DNA of 59,021 nt, filler included, from Platydemus manokwari (taxonomy: Eukaryota), in NCBI GenBank assembly GCA_037951405.1. It is 5 parts of 5 records of this genome, joined end to end, with 100 filler letters (N's around TTAATTAATTAA, not from the genome) between each part and the next. Parts side by side here need not be neighbours in the genome. Positions count along the whole stretch, not along the records: positions 11,772 to 27,652 come from JBBMOY011231431.1; positions 27,753 to 39,906 come from JBBMOY010187784.1; positions 40,007 to 49,632 come from JBBMOY011224210.1; 2 more parts are not named here. One strand, given 5' to 3'. Position 1 is the first letter of the stretch; each line of letters opens with the position of its first letter. Below are positions 26,901 to 40,079 of the stretch, in pieces. The position numbers and the translations under genes were made by a program. The notes below the pieces were generated by a model. The model was not told the DNA's origin and made no database searches. It was given only the letters and a program-made list of their open reading frames with translations.

Positions 26901-27569
26901 TGATGATAATATTTATCATATATGCTCAAAAATGATCATAATAATATATATTTATATTTATAATGATAATCATATACCAATATTAACAAAATTTATAAAA
27001 TTATTAATTATATTCAATTATTATGATATTTTAAATAACACAACTAATACGAATGATATTAGCAATATAAAAATTATAATTAATAATTATTATTATTACA
27101 AATAATAATGATAACATATATCTATAGTAATGAATATGATAATATTATCAATATGATAATATATTATGATAATACATGATCAACAATATAAAAATGTTAA
27201 TAATTATTAATTATTGAAACATTATTATCAAATGATATAATTTATAAATAATATAATAATCAATTACCCAGCTGATACAATTCTAGCCAAATCTCGAAGA
27301 TTTTTACTGACAGATTGAGTTATTTTATAACCTTTGACGAATTCATCAGTTTCTTCAACAATTGGATTATAAACTGATCCCACTTTGATTGGATAACCCA
27401 TTACAAGCTTGAAACGTTTCATTGTCAATTGATCTGTGGTCACATTTTTCGATAATAAACTATTTGTTTGTAATGATTTGGTGTCGATTTTGAAATGTTG
27501 TTTGAATAATTTATCGAATAAATCTCGAGAATCATCACTGAGTTGAGATTTGAAGCTGAAACTGAATCC
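14980..27569 (-). CDS. MDN1: Midasin (Rea1/MDN1) AAA-ATPase, 5'-partial, 8 exons: 27569-27268, 26859-25755, 25693-25212, 25155-22654, 22565-21644, 21452-21229, 21167-15221, 15171-14980 (3891 aa)
   Basis: AAA3 GETSVGKT/WIILDELN, AAA4 GNTGCGKT/FLIDEISLADDSVLERLN, AAA5 GSPGVGKT/WILLDEMN, AAA6 GPSGTGKT. Long helical linker, D/E-rich region, YRTGKRLNMKKVIPYIASGFRKDKIWLRR, MIDAS DNSES motif and C-terminal LTDVLRQWFE. All seven GT-AG introns (408, 61, 56, 88, 191, 61, 49 nt) are phase-compatible. Confidence 0.97.
21515..21639. repeat. Perfect 39-bp direct duplication inside a midasin intron
   Basis: TAAATAATAATTAATATATAATCACATAAATAATTATAT at 21515-21553 and 21601-21639. Confidence 0.85.
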
Positions 27570-27652
27570 CTGAATAAACAGATTTGATTTATTAAATCAT
27601 ATATGATAATAAAATCGGTATATTGATTGACCCATATAATAATAAAATCGAT

Positions 27653-27752
27653 NNNNNNNNNNNNNNNNNNNNNNNNNNNNNNNNNNNNNNNNNNNNTTAA
27701 TTAATTAANNNNNNNNNNNNNNNNNNNNNNNNNNNNNNNNNNNNNNNNNNNN
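27653..27752. other. Assembly gap with artificial linker
   Basis: 44N-TTAATTAATTAA-44N. Confidence 0.97.
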
Positions 27753-29999
27753 TAATATAGATTCTGTATTACTTATTTCAGAGATATAAAAAGGTCAATC
27801 ATGCATAATAAGGTCAGATTTGAGAATTACTTAGATTTAAAATTAAAGCTATTTAGGGGTCTTAATTTTTAATTATTTCGCTTTTAAAAGTATAGAACAC
27901 AACTACATATGGGAATCAATTTTTAAAATATAACTTTAAAACTTTTATTTATTAGATAAAATATAATTAAAATATAAAATTCGGTATTTTGACGAAATAC
28001 TTTTTAAGGAACTTTAAGGAATTAATAAGTCTGATAGGAAAACCACAGACATTATTCGTTTTTTGAGAATATTTGAAATGATATCCGAACTATTTCGTAC
28101 CTGAAATATTTGTAATATATGTCAAAATTCCAATTTTCAACCTGATATTATCAAATCAACGAAAACTATTCATATGTGATTTTTAAAAATTCGAAAAGCA
28201 CCCAATTTTCAGAACTAAAATGATAAAATTATTTTGTAAGGCTTGTCACAAAATAAAATTGAATTGAGAAACCTGCATTACTACATTAAATCATATGAAA
28301 TTAAAAATGTGTCATTAATAAATTCAACAAAATCCAAAATCCGATACCACACATTTTGATTATTAAATTACTTAATAACATTTTGAATTTTTTATTTAAG
28401 AACTTGAGTTGATTTTTAGTTATTTAAAATCAAATAATATAGACACACAATTTGTAAAATCTACTAAAAATTAATTATTTGAAAAACTGGTCAAAGTAGG
28501 TCAAAATGCAGTTAATTGAAAATTAGCCAGGACCCCTTCTTATAATATTAGAAGTTTGGAATGATATCTAAGAATTTTAGGGTTATTTTAAAAAAAAGTG
28601 ACTTCGAAATTATTGAGAAGTGCCTGTAACAAGGTACTTGTGCTTTCTCTCAAAATAAGTATTAATATCTATTTAACAGATTGAATACATAGATCCCAAA
28701 CATGTAGATGTTGTAATGAAATGAAGATTTAATCCACATCAAATAATTCGTACAGGTGAATATGCCAGAAATATATAAGTTTCAGAATTCAAATAAGGAC
28801 TTGGTTAGACAGTTTAACCTTGTGCCTTTTCGACATTCTAAATAAAGTATTTTTGGTGCAAGAAACTCACACCAAAAAATTATATTTACAAAATGATATT
28901 CATTAGTAAACCAACAATCAACTAATATTGAAAATTGTTATTAAAATAAAACCAACAATTTGAAATTATTTATTGAGATACAACAAAATTTGTAGAAATA
29001 TCTTAGCATAGAAATATAATTCTAGACCTAAATATCGACACAGAAATTGACTAGAAATGTTTTGGAAGTGCCAAATATAGTAGCAGGCATCGAAGACATG
29101 GTTTTTGATTATTAGAGTTGATTTTTGGTTTTTAATCTAAAATTGAATTTTATGTAAAAATTTAATTAAGATATGATCAAAAATAAATCTTAATATCAAA
29201 TCTTTTTCTTAACTTAAACCATAAAATCATCAAATTTTTAAAATTGGTTTCGATAAGAATTATAACTTAATCGACTATTTATCTGAAATTTTAAAAGAAA
29301 TAAAAGAAAAATTTAATGAAAGCAATTCACTTTGTATTTATCGTTACTAGTCTACCGTACCAATAATTTAAAGTACAAATACAATTATCATAACTGTGGT
29401 TCTTGAATAAAAATTACTTTTTCAAATACAATTGTTGGCAGTAGATAAACAACAAATATTAAATCAATGCTTGGTAAATTACTAATTAAAAGTAAAAAAA
29501 ATTTCTACAATATATCTTGTGTTTTCACCACAAAACGATAAATATTTATTTTACATTTCTATTGATCAAATCGAAATAAACCAATCAAGGATGACAAATG
29601 TATACAGGTATTGTGTAGATATTGTTTATGTCATTCACACTTATGAAAAATATTGTTGAGTGATGAAATTATTTGCATTTTCTCAAGACAATTGCATTGT
29701 CTCCTGAATTTTATCTACAATGATATTGTTCTATGTTTTGAGACTCGAAGCATATGTTTTTTTTATTATTTTCATTTATAATTGCATTTACTTTTCATTT
29801 GTTAAGTATTTTAATTCAATTTATTATTGTTAGCCATAATTAACAGTAAATCCTAAATATAAATAAATATATTACTTACTATTGAAAGTCACTAATAAAA
29901 TACTAATTAATTTTAATATTTAATTTTGAAAATCTAAATTTTTTTCCTGTAATAAGTTATTAATATATTTTGATTGACTGTTTGGTAAATAATTATTGT

Positions 30000-31440
30000 G
30001 GCAATTGCTTCTGTTACATTTCAGCAAATAAATCCCTGCTGTTTTGGTCAAATTATTAAAATAAATTGCTTAGTATTTAGATTCAATCTTCACCAATATT
30101 TGATAAACTCAATATCTGGAAAAAGCAAACACCGAATAGAAATTTGTACTTTTCTTCACTTTACATTACATGAACATGTGCTATGAATGATAGTGTAGTT
30201 CAGTATGCAAAATTGAACACATGGACGTTATCAATCCCTAACAATAATCTCATAATTTATTCATTTCATCAGGAATATTAGTTTGGAATTGTTTTTAATG
30301 TTTTCTTTCGTATTTCATAGGCTTCAAATCTTCTTCCACCCCTTCAACAGAATTATCATTTGTTTCTTCATTTTCATACTTTCCGACTAAATTAAACAAG
30401 AGATCTTCCTCAAATTTTGGATTAATTTCAAAACACAGAAATTCATCACGTTCAGTATTCAGTCGCAAGTTTCAGACTATTCCATTCTTTTGAAATCCAA
30501 ACTACTGCTTGATATAAATAAACCTTTTTACACTATATCTCTTGTATAACGTTATTAGGCTTAAAAGGTACTTATAATAGTCTTTAAAGCTTTTTTAATA
30601 ACTTGATAAATGGCTTGAAAGAGAGATCTTTTTAGGAGGTAAAGAATAATTCGATGTTATAATATTTTAATATTTCTCCTAATATGTTTACTCGCAGCAG
30701 TATAGTAATTCGATATTTAGAAAACTTCCTATTTGGCTTATCCTCTTTAGAAATTGTGCATGTTCTATTTAATGAACATTTCCAGAACAGTTAATTTTCT
30801 AGAAGCAGATTGATTTCAATTGAAAAGTTCTTTCTCCAACTATATGATTGAGCTTAACTCAGATTTGTGAGACATAAGGAGTTCATATTAACTATATTGT
30901 TTCAAAAGTGATATTTTTGAGAATCAGCTTTGTGATTTATCAATTACGAATAAAATCATCTAGCCAATTATGTTTCATAATTCTTTCAATTAATTCTATT
31001 TCCCGAATCCCTTTTTATTATCACTATTCATTGTTGTACCATAATTCCAATCATTTTTATTGGATTTATATAAGATATAATTTATAATTTAAAAATCCAG
31101 AACGTTATTATCTAGAATGTGTCTATAATTACATTATTATGACTCAAATGATTCCTTTACATATTATGACATCTATGACAGAAAAATTATTAAAAGAGAA
31201 TCTTTTCTTGTTTCAAACGAATACCTTTTTACATGATTTTTAGATTTTCTTGAAATTTTTCTAAATTCTTCATTACTCTATCCGAAAATGGACTCACTAC
31301 TAACCGGAATCAGAAAAGCATTAATTTTTTCCGACACAGGTTTGACAATTGCTGTAAATTTCATTGATTTTAATTTAATAATTTCGGAGGAATCTCTGAA
31401 CTGTGATGTGAAATAAGGAATTACAATTGATGTACCTTAA
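30000..31440 (-). pseudogene. Eroded coding relic of unknown, possibly LRR-like, family
   Basis: Protein-like runs broken by stops and frameshifts (GTSIVIPYFTSQFRDSSEIIKLKSMKFTAIVKPVSEKINAFLIPVSSESIFG*; GIREIELIERIMKHNWLDDFIRN**ITKLILKNITFE) and an intron-like GTATTC..CATAG segment. Confidence 0.3.
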
Positions 31441-33824
31441 TAATGGAAAACTTTTCATTTAAAGTGTATTTATTGAATGAAATAAAAATTATTTGTTTTT
31501 TATTTTTATACAAATTTTTACACAAATTATAATAATCTAACCTACCTGCTAAGCCATTAATATTGATGCAATCCACTAATTTTTATTAAAAAATATTCAT
31601 AAAAAACATTAATTGGAAATCATTATTCTCTACCGTTAAAAAGATACATTCCTAAAAATATGAGAGAGATAAATATTTTATGACTATTACAATAACACTG
31701 TATTTACTGTGATAAACATTATGCAACTGTAGCCTGATTGAATTCGTGGAGTCCCGTATAATTGTTATTTTTCAATTTTTATAATAATATCTAAAAATAT
31801 TAAAATTTTAGTTGAAATGGACTAAATATTTTGTGCAGTTCGTTCGGTTCAAGCATTGGAAAAAATAGTTATTTCAAAAGTTATACAGAGCATAAATAAA
31901 TTTAAAGTCAATGATAAACTTTTGTTTAACCAGAACATTTTACAGTGATGACACTAATATTGATAAAATCTGGTTTTATACAATAAATATTTTAATTATA
32001 AATCACAAGTAAAGCGGAAAAAATTAAATGGTTTAAATTAAATAAATTAAATAATTTATACAATGTATACTATACTGTGATGCATTCAATCTCGATACGA
32101 AAATTGAGAAAAACCAAAATCTTAAATTGATTGGTAAAGGTCAGGTTGCAATATAGTTTTAAGCTAATATTATAAATTATGGAAAAATTGTTGTTAAAGA
32201 TAAATGTTATCTAAAAATTTAATTTTTTAATTTTTAAAAATATAATTCAGATTTTATATAGGACATAAAATTGAAAAATTTAGGTTTTCATCAATAATTT
32301 TTTGGATATTTATTTATTATATGTGACATTGGCCGTAAGTTTTCAACACAGAAATACTTCGAGTTCCTAAATAAAAGTTGTTTAGTTAATTTACCGTCAT
32401 TCGATGTTATAATAGATACAAGATTTTAATCTACTTGATCTATTTTTTAATCTATTAATTATTTAAGCATGTATATGATATTAAAAAGTTAATTAAAATC
32501 TAAGAATTCTATTACCAGAAAGGTGAACAAGGTTCTAAGGATATTTTTGTGTAATGATATTTAATTATTTTAAATAAAACAAAGAATGTAAGCACGTTTT
32601 AGTAGTTTCTTTTAATTAACTAGTTAAATAAACTTTTGGGCTTGACATTAGAATGGTTTTTGTCAATTTATACTTATTTAAATAATAGATACAACACGAA
32701 TTTATTTTAAAAGCAAGTTTTAAGAATGCATGACGTTAATTGCAATGAATTTACATATCAAATATGGGGTCTAACATCGATTATTTATAATAGATTTCAG
32801 GTGATTTCTGATATATAATAATATATTATTCAATATTTTGATTTTTGAATCACATATATACATTGTTAAGTAGAGACGAAATCTTGCCAGAAAAAAAACG
32901 GTTTGGCTTCTTTGTTTGACACTTTAAGAATTTGCATGCCTACACAACCATTGGGATTCTACCATTCACAGGTAACTTAAATGGAAGACAATTATCTATT
33001 GTCGTATTTATTAATACGTGTTATAGAAATAAAACTTAAAAACTTAGATTTTCGTAATCAACAATTATTTAGTTATCCAGAATTTATAATCAACAAATAT
33101 ATAGTGTTATATCTACATATATACGTGTTAAATAAATTAAACTGGTGTAATCGTATTATTAATATAATAATGGCTGATGGTTTTTGTACTAACCTCAATA
33201 ATTATCATATTGTGGATGTGAATTAGTTAGATTGCATCATATTAAGGATCAAGTTGCTATAGTATTTTTAGGCGTAATCATAATTATTCCAAATCTAAAG
33301 TTAAGGTCCCATGACAACATGATAAGTTACTATAACAACATTTTAGATATTCAAAACTAAGTCTTCCGCACACAAATGAAAAAGTATATAAGCATAGGCC
33401 GAATATTGGATAATACGTACCTACTATATTTGAGACACGTACATCTTATTTGGATTATCAAACGGATAATTTTCATGTAGAATTTATTGGGGTTCTTCAA
33501 CATTTATTGTCGCTCAACCTCTCAAAAAATGGTAAATTATTTCTTGTTCGGTTTTGTTAATCCAACATCAATATTCGTGAGATGAGTTAGATATTAGTTC
33601 AAGACCATCTATATCATATGAAATTGCAGATTACGATATACTTGCTATATTTTGTAGTAGAGATGTGATTATTAGCTTTCGGCAACTGTAAAATGCATTC
33701 AAGTCTTTATTACAGCTTATGTTTGTCTAATATTTATCATTACTCAAAGGCTAATATTTATTATAATAAATATATTATTGTATCTTATTGTGTTTTCTCT
33801 TACCATCTTGTGAGGAAAATTTAA

Positions 33825-34130
33825 AATAAATAATAATAATTTAAAATAATACTTTATAAAAGAATTTTAATTACAATTTTAATAACTTAATAAATTCTAA
33901 AATAAAAAATAAAATTTTGAAATTTTTTCAAATTATTTAAAATAAAGTAATTATTAAATAATTTATATATTCTTATCTACATTTGATTAAATCTGTAAAT
34001 AAAGCTCTCTAGAAAAACATTTTAAGAAGGATTTTAATTTGTTTAAATATTGTTTTTTGATTTTTATGTATTAAGTAAAAGTTAGGAAAATCGTAAAAAT
34101 GACTTCTATTATTGAACCCTCAATTTAAAG
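33825..34130 (+). repeat. Dispersed AT-rich repeat, copy 1 (copy 2 at about 52515-52770)
   Basis: Collinear shared words: TTTTAATTACAAT, TAAAATAAAAAATA / TAAATAAAAAATA, TGATTAA, CTCTCTAGAAAAA, TCGTAAwAATGACTT, TATTGAA...TCAATTT. Confidence 0.6.
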
Positions 34131-35959
34131 TGTGATATGAACTACTTACAATATATGCGCAAGAAACTTATTTGTTAGGAATAAATTATAGTCAGAAAAT
34201 AGAAGTATCTCTCTAGCCTTCGTACATTTGAATCGTATTAAATTATCGATCTTTGGATTGGATTCACTAATTTCTTTAGAGCAAACAAAAATAAGACAAT
34301 ATTAATGTTATTTTGTTTAACATAACGACTTCAGTTTAAAATATTTTACAAGATGTCAGAAAGCAATGTCAGATAAAATACACATTAACTTACTCTATGC
34401 CTCAGTATTTTTAGAATTTTTCAAATATCAAATCTTTTAAATTCTCTATTATAAAACTAAATTGACACCCACACACTTTACCTTATGTTACATATCTCAT
34501 AAAAATATTGAAACATTCTAATTTGAGTGAAATTCTTAATTTAATTGTTTATCTAATAGTCATTTCACTAGTTTTATAAAAGTATATTTAAAATATATTA
34601 AAATGAATCAAAATAGTTTTGCAAATTCCTCAGGAAAACATTTAATTAAAAATCCATTAGTAACACATTTAGAAACATTATATAATGGAAGAATTCTTTA
34701 AACAACGCGTCTATGAAATATTAGTTTGTCATCTGATTTAAGATGAAAACAATGATAAATGAGATTCATTAATTGAATCTAAAATTTTTGAAATTATTAA
34801 AGGTTTGAAAGAAAACCATAAAGCTGTGTTCTTATTTTGCTATTTTATGCTTACGTTTAAAAACATTAAATGGAATTTTATCAAAATTAAATAATTTATT
34901 GCAAAATCTCTATAAAAATATAAACTTAGTAGCAGATATGTGGATATGAAACAGAGAAAATACTGAAAATTCTTTATCGAGCAGCATATTATTTGTGAAA
35001 ATGATTAGTGAATTTCAGTTGTAGCAAAGTCACCTTAAGATATACATTTTTCAATAGGAACGAAAAATTGTTTTTGTAATATCATGATGAATCACATCTA
35101 TTGGCAGTAGAAACTTTTAAATCCGTGAAAAAAAATTATAAACAGAAAAATAAAAGGTGAATGTTATAAAAAATTGACCCTCAAGAATAAATGTAGTCCT
35201 GAAAATAAAGATATAACAATAACCAGGACTGATTATCCTTCATTATCTTTGGAGATTATCTAATAAGAAAAGAGCAAATTTATATCCTTGACTACTCTTT
35301 GTGGCAATAATTATATACAAAGTGCTTTATTATCTCTTTAAATAAAAGTAAATTATATCTGTAATAATTGTAATTATAATTTGATAATAAAATTATCGAA
35401 TTTCGAATGAAACTGTCAGCCGATCGAAACATTATCACAACATAGTAACAGTCATAATATTTGATAAACTATATTGTAAATTTAATCAATAATTTTTTAT
35501 GATTTCAAATATAGATAACATCATAAAGAGAAAGATTTTAAATTATATTTGAAAAAATTTCATGCTATTTTCATATTTGTTGAGCTCTCTGAATTAAAAC
35601 TTTTAAAATATTTTTTCAAATAAATATGATAAATTTCTCAAAAATACATTGAATTCGAATTTTAAAAATTAAAAAATATCTTAGTAAATACTATATTAAT
35701 ATCGTAATCAATCAAAAGTGCTTAAAATGTAGTTTATTGATAACTAATTATGAATTTCATCTGAAAAATTTGCTTTAAAATTACAAATTATTTAAAAAAG
35801 GATTTTTAACAAAACAAAAGTCTGTTTTATTTCAATAAACCGCAAAATAACAAGGCTTTTAGTGTGACACATTTGCTCAAACCCAAGAAGGTTATCATAA
35901 TGCAATATGTCATCATGAATTTTAAAACTCATTAAATTATATTATTTGGAAAAATCATT

Positions 35960-36080
35960 AAATGTCACGAGTCAAGTTTTACGTTTTCATTTATACATTT
36001 CGATAAAACACCTCAAGAAGTGCTCAGTCATTATTGACATCATAGTATTTGTGTATTATAGCCTCGACGAGTTTTCTCTG
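35960..36080 (+). repeat. Short dispersed repeat (second copy at about 38320-38435)
   Basis: Shared core TTCATTTAT..ACAT..TCAAGAAGTrCTCAGTCAkTATTGwCAT. Confidence 0.55.
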
Positions 36081-36229
36081 TGTGATATATTGTGATATAA
36101 ACTACTATTGTGTGACAAAATATGAAGCATTTGGATCTAATAAAAGAAGATTTAAATTAAAACCGTGTTGAAAGCTCAAGAACAAGATGAATAATTAACT
36201 AACTTATAATTGAACTCAAAATCTGTTAA

Positions 36230-36480
36230 CAGGTTTCTAGAACTTTGTGCAACATGCTTAAAAAAGTCAAGAATATTCTGATTTGGCAAACTTGTTGGAC
36301 AATGGTGGGACATTTATGGCATGAAATGCAGACTGTGAAAGGAGGTTTAATTTCTGTAAGATCAAACAAAGAAATGTAAAGGGTGATATACATCTAGGCA
36401 TGATTGTAAGAATTAGGAGCTATATTCGAAGCAATTTTGTGGTTGATTTAGATTGCATATACAAACCACGGGTCTCCTAA
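36230..36480 (+). mobile_element. hAT transposase C-terminal dimerisation-domain relic
   Basis: QEYSDLANLLDNGGTFMA*NADCERRFNFCKIKQRNVKGDIHLGMIVRIRSY resembles the hAT S-S-A-x-C-E-R-x-F ... R-N-x-L ... L-x-M-L-M-R-I signature. Confidence 0.65.
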
Positions 36481-38754
36481 AGAAATAAAAAGTCTATTAA
36501 ATGAATGAATTCTTTTTTTGCACGCAATTAATTTCTGTTTGTTGTTTTTGCACAATACAAAATGTTGCTTAAATTAGATGAAACATTGGAAAAAGTAAAT
36601 GATAATTTTGAAGTATCTTCTAATACACATGGGTAGAATTTATAAAAATTAATATCATATTTCATATTTGTCTTGAATTTGAATTTTATCTGACACTGAT
36701 AAATGACAAAAAATTAGAAAATTTTATAAAACTCGAAAACAGTTTATTGTTCAGTTTATTATTAATTTGTCTGTAGATGGAAGGATTAAATTTAATATCT
36801 TCAGTCCCACTATCATTCCATTGTCTTGTCAATTCTGATTTTAGATTATAAATAATTTTATTATGTGATTAATTCGTTAGAATTAAACTTTATATAAAAT
36901 ATTTTTTTTAGTTGAACGTTATTTTAAATTGTTTTAATATTGTGAGTTTATTTTAAACTAGCTTGAAGATTGCTGAAAAAGTATTTTAATTTAAATTAAG
37001 ATTATATTTTCAAAAATTTAATTCAAATTTTAGATAAAATTATTTTTATATTATATTATTAAATTATATTATTTAAATTATATTTTTTATATTAAATTGC
37101 TTATATTATTGTATTTAAATATATGATTATATATAGTAACGGCTTATAGGACGACCTATCCAGAATTTCGATTTAATTTTAAGACTATCAATAGTTAAAC
37201 ATTACGGAAGAGAAGGATGAATATATTGAGAAGATATGAAGAAGATATAAAGAAGCTGTAGAAACGATATAAGGTAGATACAAAAAGGATAAAGAGTATA
37301 TAGAATAATTAGAAATTAAATGGTGTCAATAAAGTGCATTTTCTTAATCTTTTAAGTAAAGAAATATGTGATAAACGATATTTTCTACCGTAGTTGAATG
37401 GTGTTAACAATATTTCCTTACTGACTGTGTTTAATTAGTTTGTTAGCATAAAATAAACGGTACCCATGATATTATTTAACAAAATATTTTAAAATTTAAC
37501 ATTTTTTAAAGCACATGTACTTTTCATAGTCGTTGGTTTTTTTGAAACACTATACGCTTAAATAAAGTTGTTTATCAAAATGAAAAATACCAATTAGTGG
37601 AAATTGTGATACAATGTTTGATTGAATGATTTGGATAATTATAATTTTTTCCACGGATTTTGAAAAATTTTTGTATTAAAATATGTCTTTAATGACGCTT
37701 AATAAACTTTAAAATCAGCCGTTTGCAAGAAAATCTAAAAACAATTTAGTCAGTCCATCTTATCTACTGTAAAATTAAAGATGCATTGCATAGATGAAGC
37801 AGATAAAATCAATCACGAAGTACAAAATATCCACAAAATGTAAATATTATAACACATCTTGAGAAACCTTTCAATACATTAGCGGGAAAATACGAATTTT
37901 GGAAAATACGAATTAAGGTTGTTTATGAGTAACGCATCATTATATTATTACTCGTTATATAAGGATATTGAAATCTTATATAAAATATATTAGGATTAAT
38001 TGAAATAATTTTGCAAACCTTTTTGTAAAAAAAAACTTTGATTGACTAAATGATGATGTTATTATTACAAATTATGTGTTATCATTTTTATTTTCGATTT
38101 TTTTAAAGAACTAATAATAAATTGGATTCATTAAAACAACTAACAAATCACAGAATTAAATGATGGTAAAAATTTAATTTCATTTTCTTAAGTTAAATTT
38201 TAATCAAATAATTTATTATATTGAAGAATTTCATCAAAATGTCATCATAAATATTAAACAAAATTAATTATTTTTTTGGGAAAACTCATCATTTGACTCC
38301 ATGTTAAAATCAGTGCATATTACGTGTCAACTGTTAGGTGTTCATTTATGACATCTGTATAAAGACATATCAAGAAGTACTCAGTCAGTATTGTCATATT
38401 ATCTGCTTATTACATTGCTTCCTCAAATTTTCCCCTTGGATTTAAAAAACCTTTGAAAGATATAAACATAAAATACAATGATTAGCTTTATACCATTTGC
38501 ATTGATTGCTTGAGGTATTCGACTATTGAACAAGTAAATGAAGATAAACAAAACTGACTTAATGTGAAGACTTTTTAATTAATAAAATTAATGTAGCCAA
38601 AGCAATAGTAGAAAACACAATTTTGTTTATTTAATGAAATCAACATAGTAAATAACACAGTCAATAAAATGTTTATCTGATATATCATATCACAAACATA
38701 AAGTGTATTCAAAAACAATCTATCATCATTTGCTAGTAATATTGCTCACACGAG

Positions 38755-39639
38755 TCAGCTTCTTAAATTAAAAACGAATTTTGTAAACATATTAACATAA
38801 AATACAATGAATCTGTCCCTCATGATCTTTATAAAGGTCAAATGAATAAATGAATTGATAAAAGAATTCATCGTCACCATTAGCATGCCAATCTTAGAAG
38901 ATAATGATAAATAATCATAACTCACAACGTCTAGAGTTGATAACATATAATTAATTGAGTCATACGAGAATAAAATAATAAAAAAACATGTGATGATGAA
39001 AGCCGTGGCGGTGAATTTATTTCTCATTTTATTTTCATTTCCAGATAGTTTCAAATGTCGAATGATTCGAATAATTCGCCCATAACTTACAATGAGAACA
39101 AAAGTCGGAATTAAGTAGCAAATGCTAAACCAATATACACTATAGCATTTGAGAAAAACATCGATGATAGTTGAATTTAATATTGATATTGGTTGGCATG
39201 ACTTATTGGAATAAATGTTAAGTAAAGAACATGGAACCGCACCAAATATTGAGATCGACCACACATAGGTGTATGAGCCAATCAAAATAATTTTTTGTTT
39301 TTCTCGATATATTGATGGTTTTGTTACAGCCATAAATCTATCAAATGCAATACAGATGAGATTATGTACTGACATCATTACTAGCTGCCAATAAAATAAT
39401 TGAGAATACCATACGTGACAATAAAAATGATTGAAAAAATCCGAGCTTATATCGAATTTGTAAACAGGTATTATGTTTATCAAGATATTAACAAAACATA
39501 CCATGGCATCGATCACACTTTGATGAGCAATAACATGGGTTGTGACTCGTGATTCTAGAGGAGATGAATACATTGCGATTCCGAAAGATAAATTAATTAG
39601 AAAACTCAATGCTAATAAAATATTTTCAATAAATTCCAT
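38755..39639 (-). CDS. Intronless rhodopsin-like (class A) orphan GPCR, 294 aa
   Basis: About seven hydrophobic segments. TM2 HQSVID, Cys at the top of TM3 (YCHVW) plus ECL2 Cys (KSCQ), IAFDRFMAVTKP (DRY variant), TM4 Trp, TM5 YLIPTFVLIVSYGRI, TM7 NSFINSFIH. Confidence 0.88.
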   Translation of the reverse strand: MEFIENILLALSFLINLSFGIAMYSSPLESRVTTHVIAHQSVIDAMVCFVNILINIIPVYKFDISSDFFNHFYCHVWYSQLFYWQLVMMSVHNLICIAFDRFMAVTKPSIYREKQKIILIGSYTYVWSISIFGAVPCSLLNIYSNKSCQPISILNSTIIDVFLKCYSVYWFSICYLIPTFVLIVSYGRIIRIIRHLKLSGNENKMRNKFTATAFIITCFFIILFSYDSINYMLSTLDVVSYDYLSLSSKIGMLMVTMNSFINSFIHLTFIKIMRDRFIVFYVNMFTKFVFNLRS

Positions 39640-39831
39640 TTCGTACTAGTTATTGTCATAACACGTATTATAATACCATATCAAGTTCTAAGAATGATTG
39701 GCTCGTCACTGTTATTCGCTATCCCTATTATGGGTGTAAGAAATAGTCAAATACGCAAGCAGTTTATATTACAGACTAATTTACAGAGAAGAAAATGTAG
39801 CAAAGTTATAAAATTAGAAAATATAAAATAA

Positions 39832-40079
39832 TATTGGGTCTATAACTTAATAACCGGAATTTGACACCAGATGTAAACACTTGTGTGTGTGCTGTAGCAA
39901 ATCATTNNNNNNNNNNNNNNNNNNNNNNNNNNNNNNNNNNNNNNNNNNNNTTAATTAATTAANNNNNNNNNNNNNNNNNNNNNNNNNNNNNNNNNNNNNN
40001 NNNNNNTTGTACAAGATTTTCTTTAATAAACACTCAATTGTTCTAAAAAAATTCCGGTTTTTAAGTTATAGACCCAATA
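39832..40079. mobile_element. Tc1/mariner element whose interior lies in the gap
   Basis: TA+TTGGGTCTATAACTTAATAACCGGAATTT (39832-39862) and its inverse AAATTCCGGTTTTTAAGTTATAGACCCAA+TA (40049-40079), one mismatch. TA flanks on both sides. Confidence 0.8.
39907..40006. other. Assembly gap with artificial linker
   Basis: 44N-TTAATTAATTAA-44N. Confidence 0.97.

Noticed and set aside
26803-27105. 100-aa Ile/Asn/Tyr-rich ORF
   Set aside because: Lies antisense, mostly in the low-complexity 408-nt midasin intron.
37135-37410. LTR with TGGTGTCA primer-binding site
   Set aside because: No clean TG..CA termini, TSD or adjacent gag/pol sequence.
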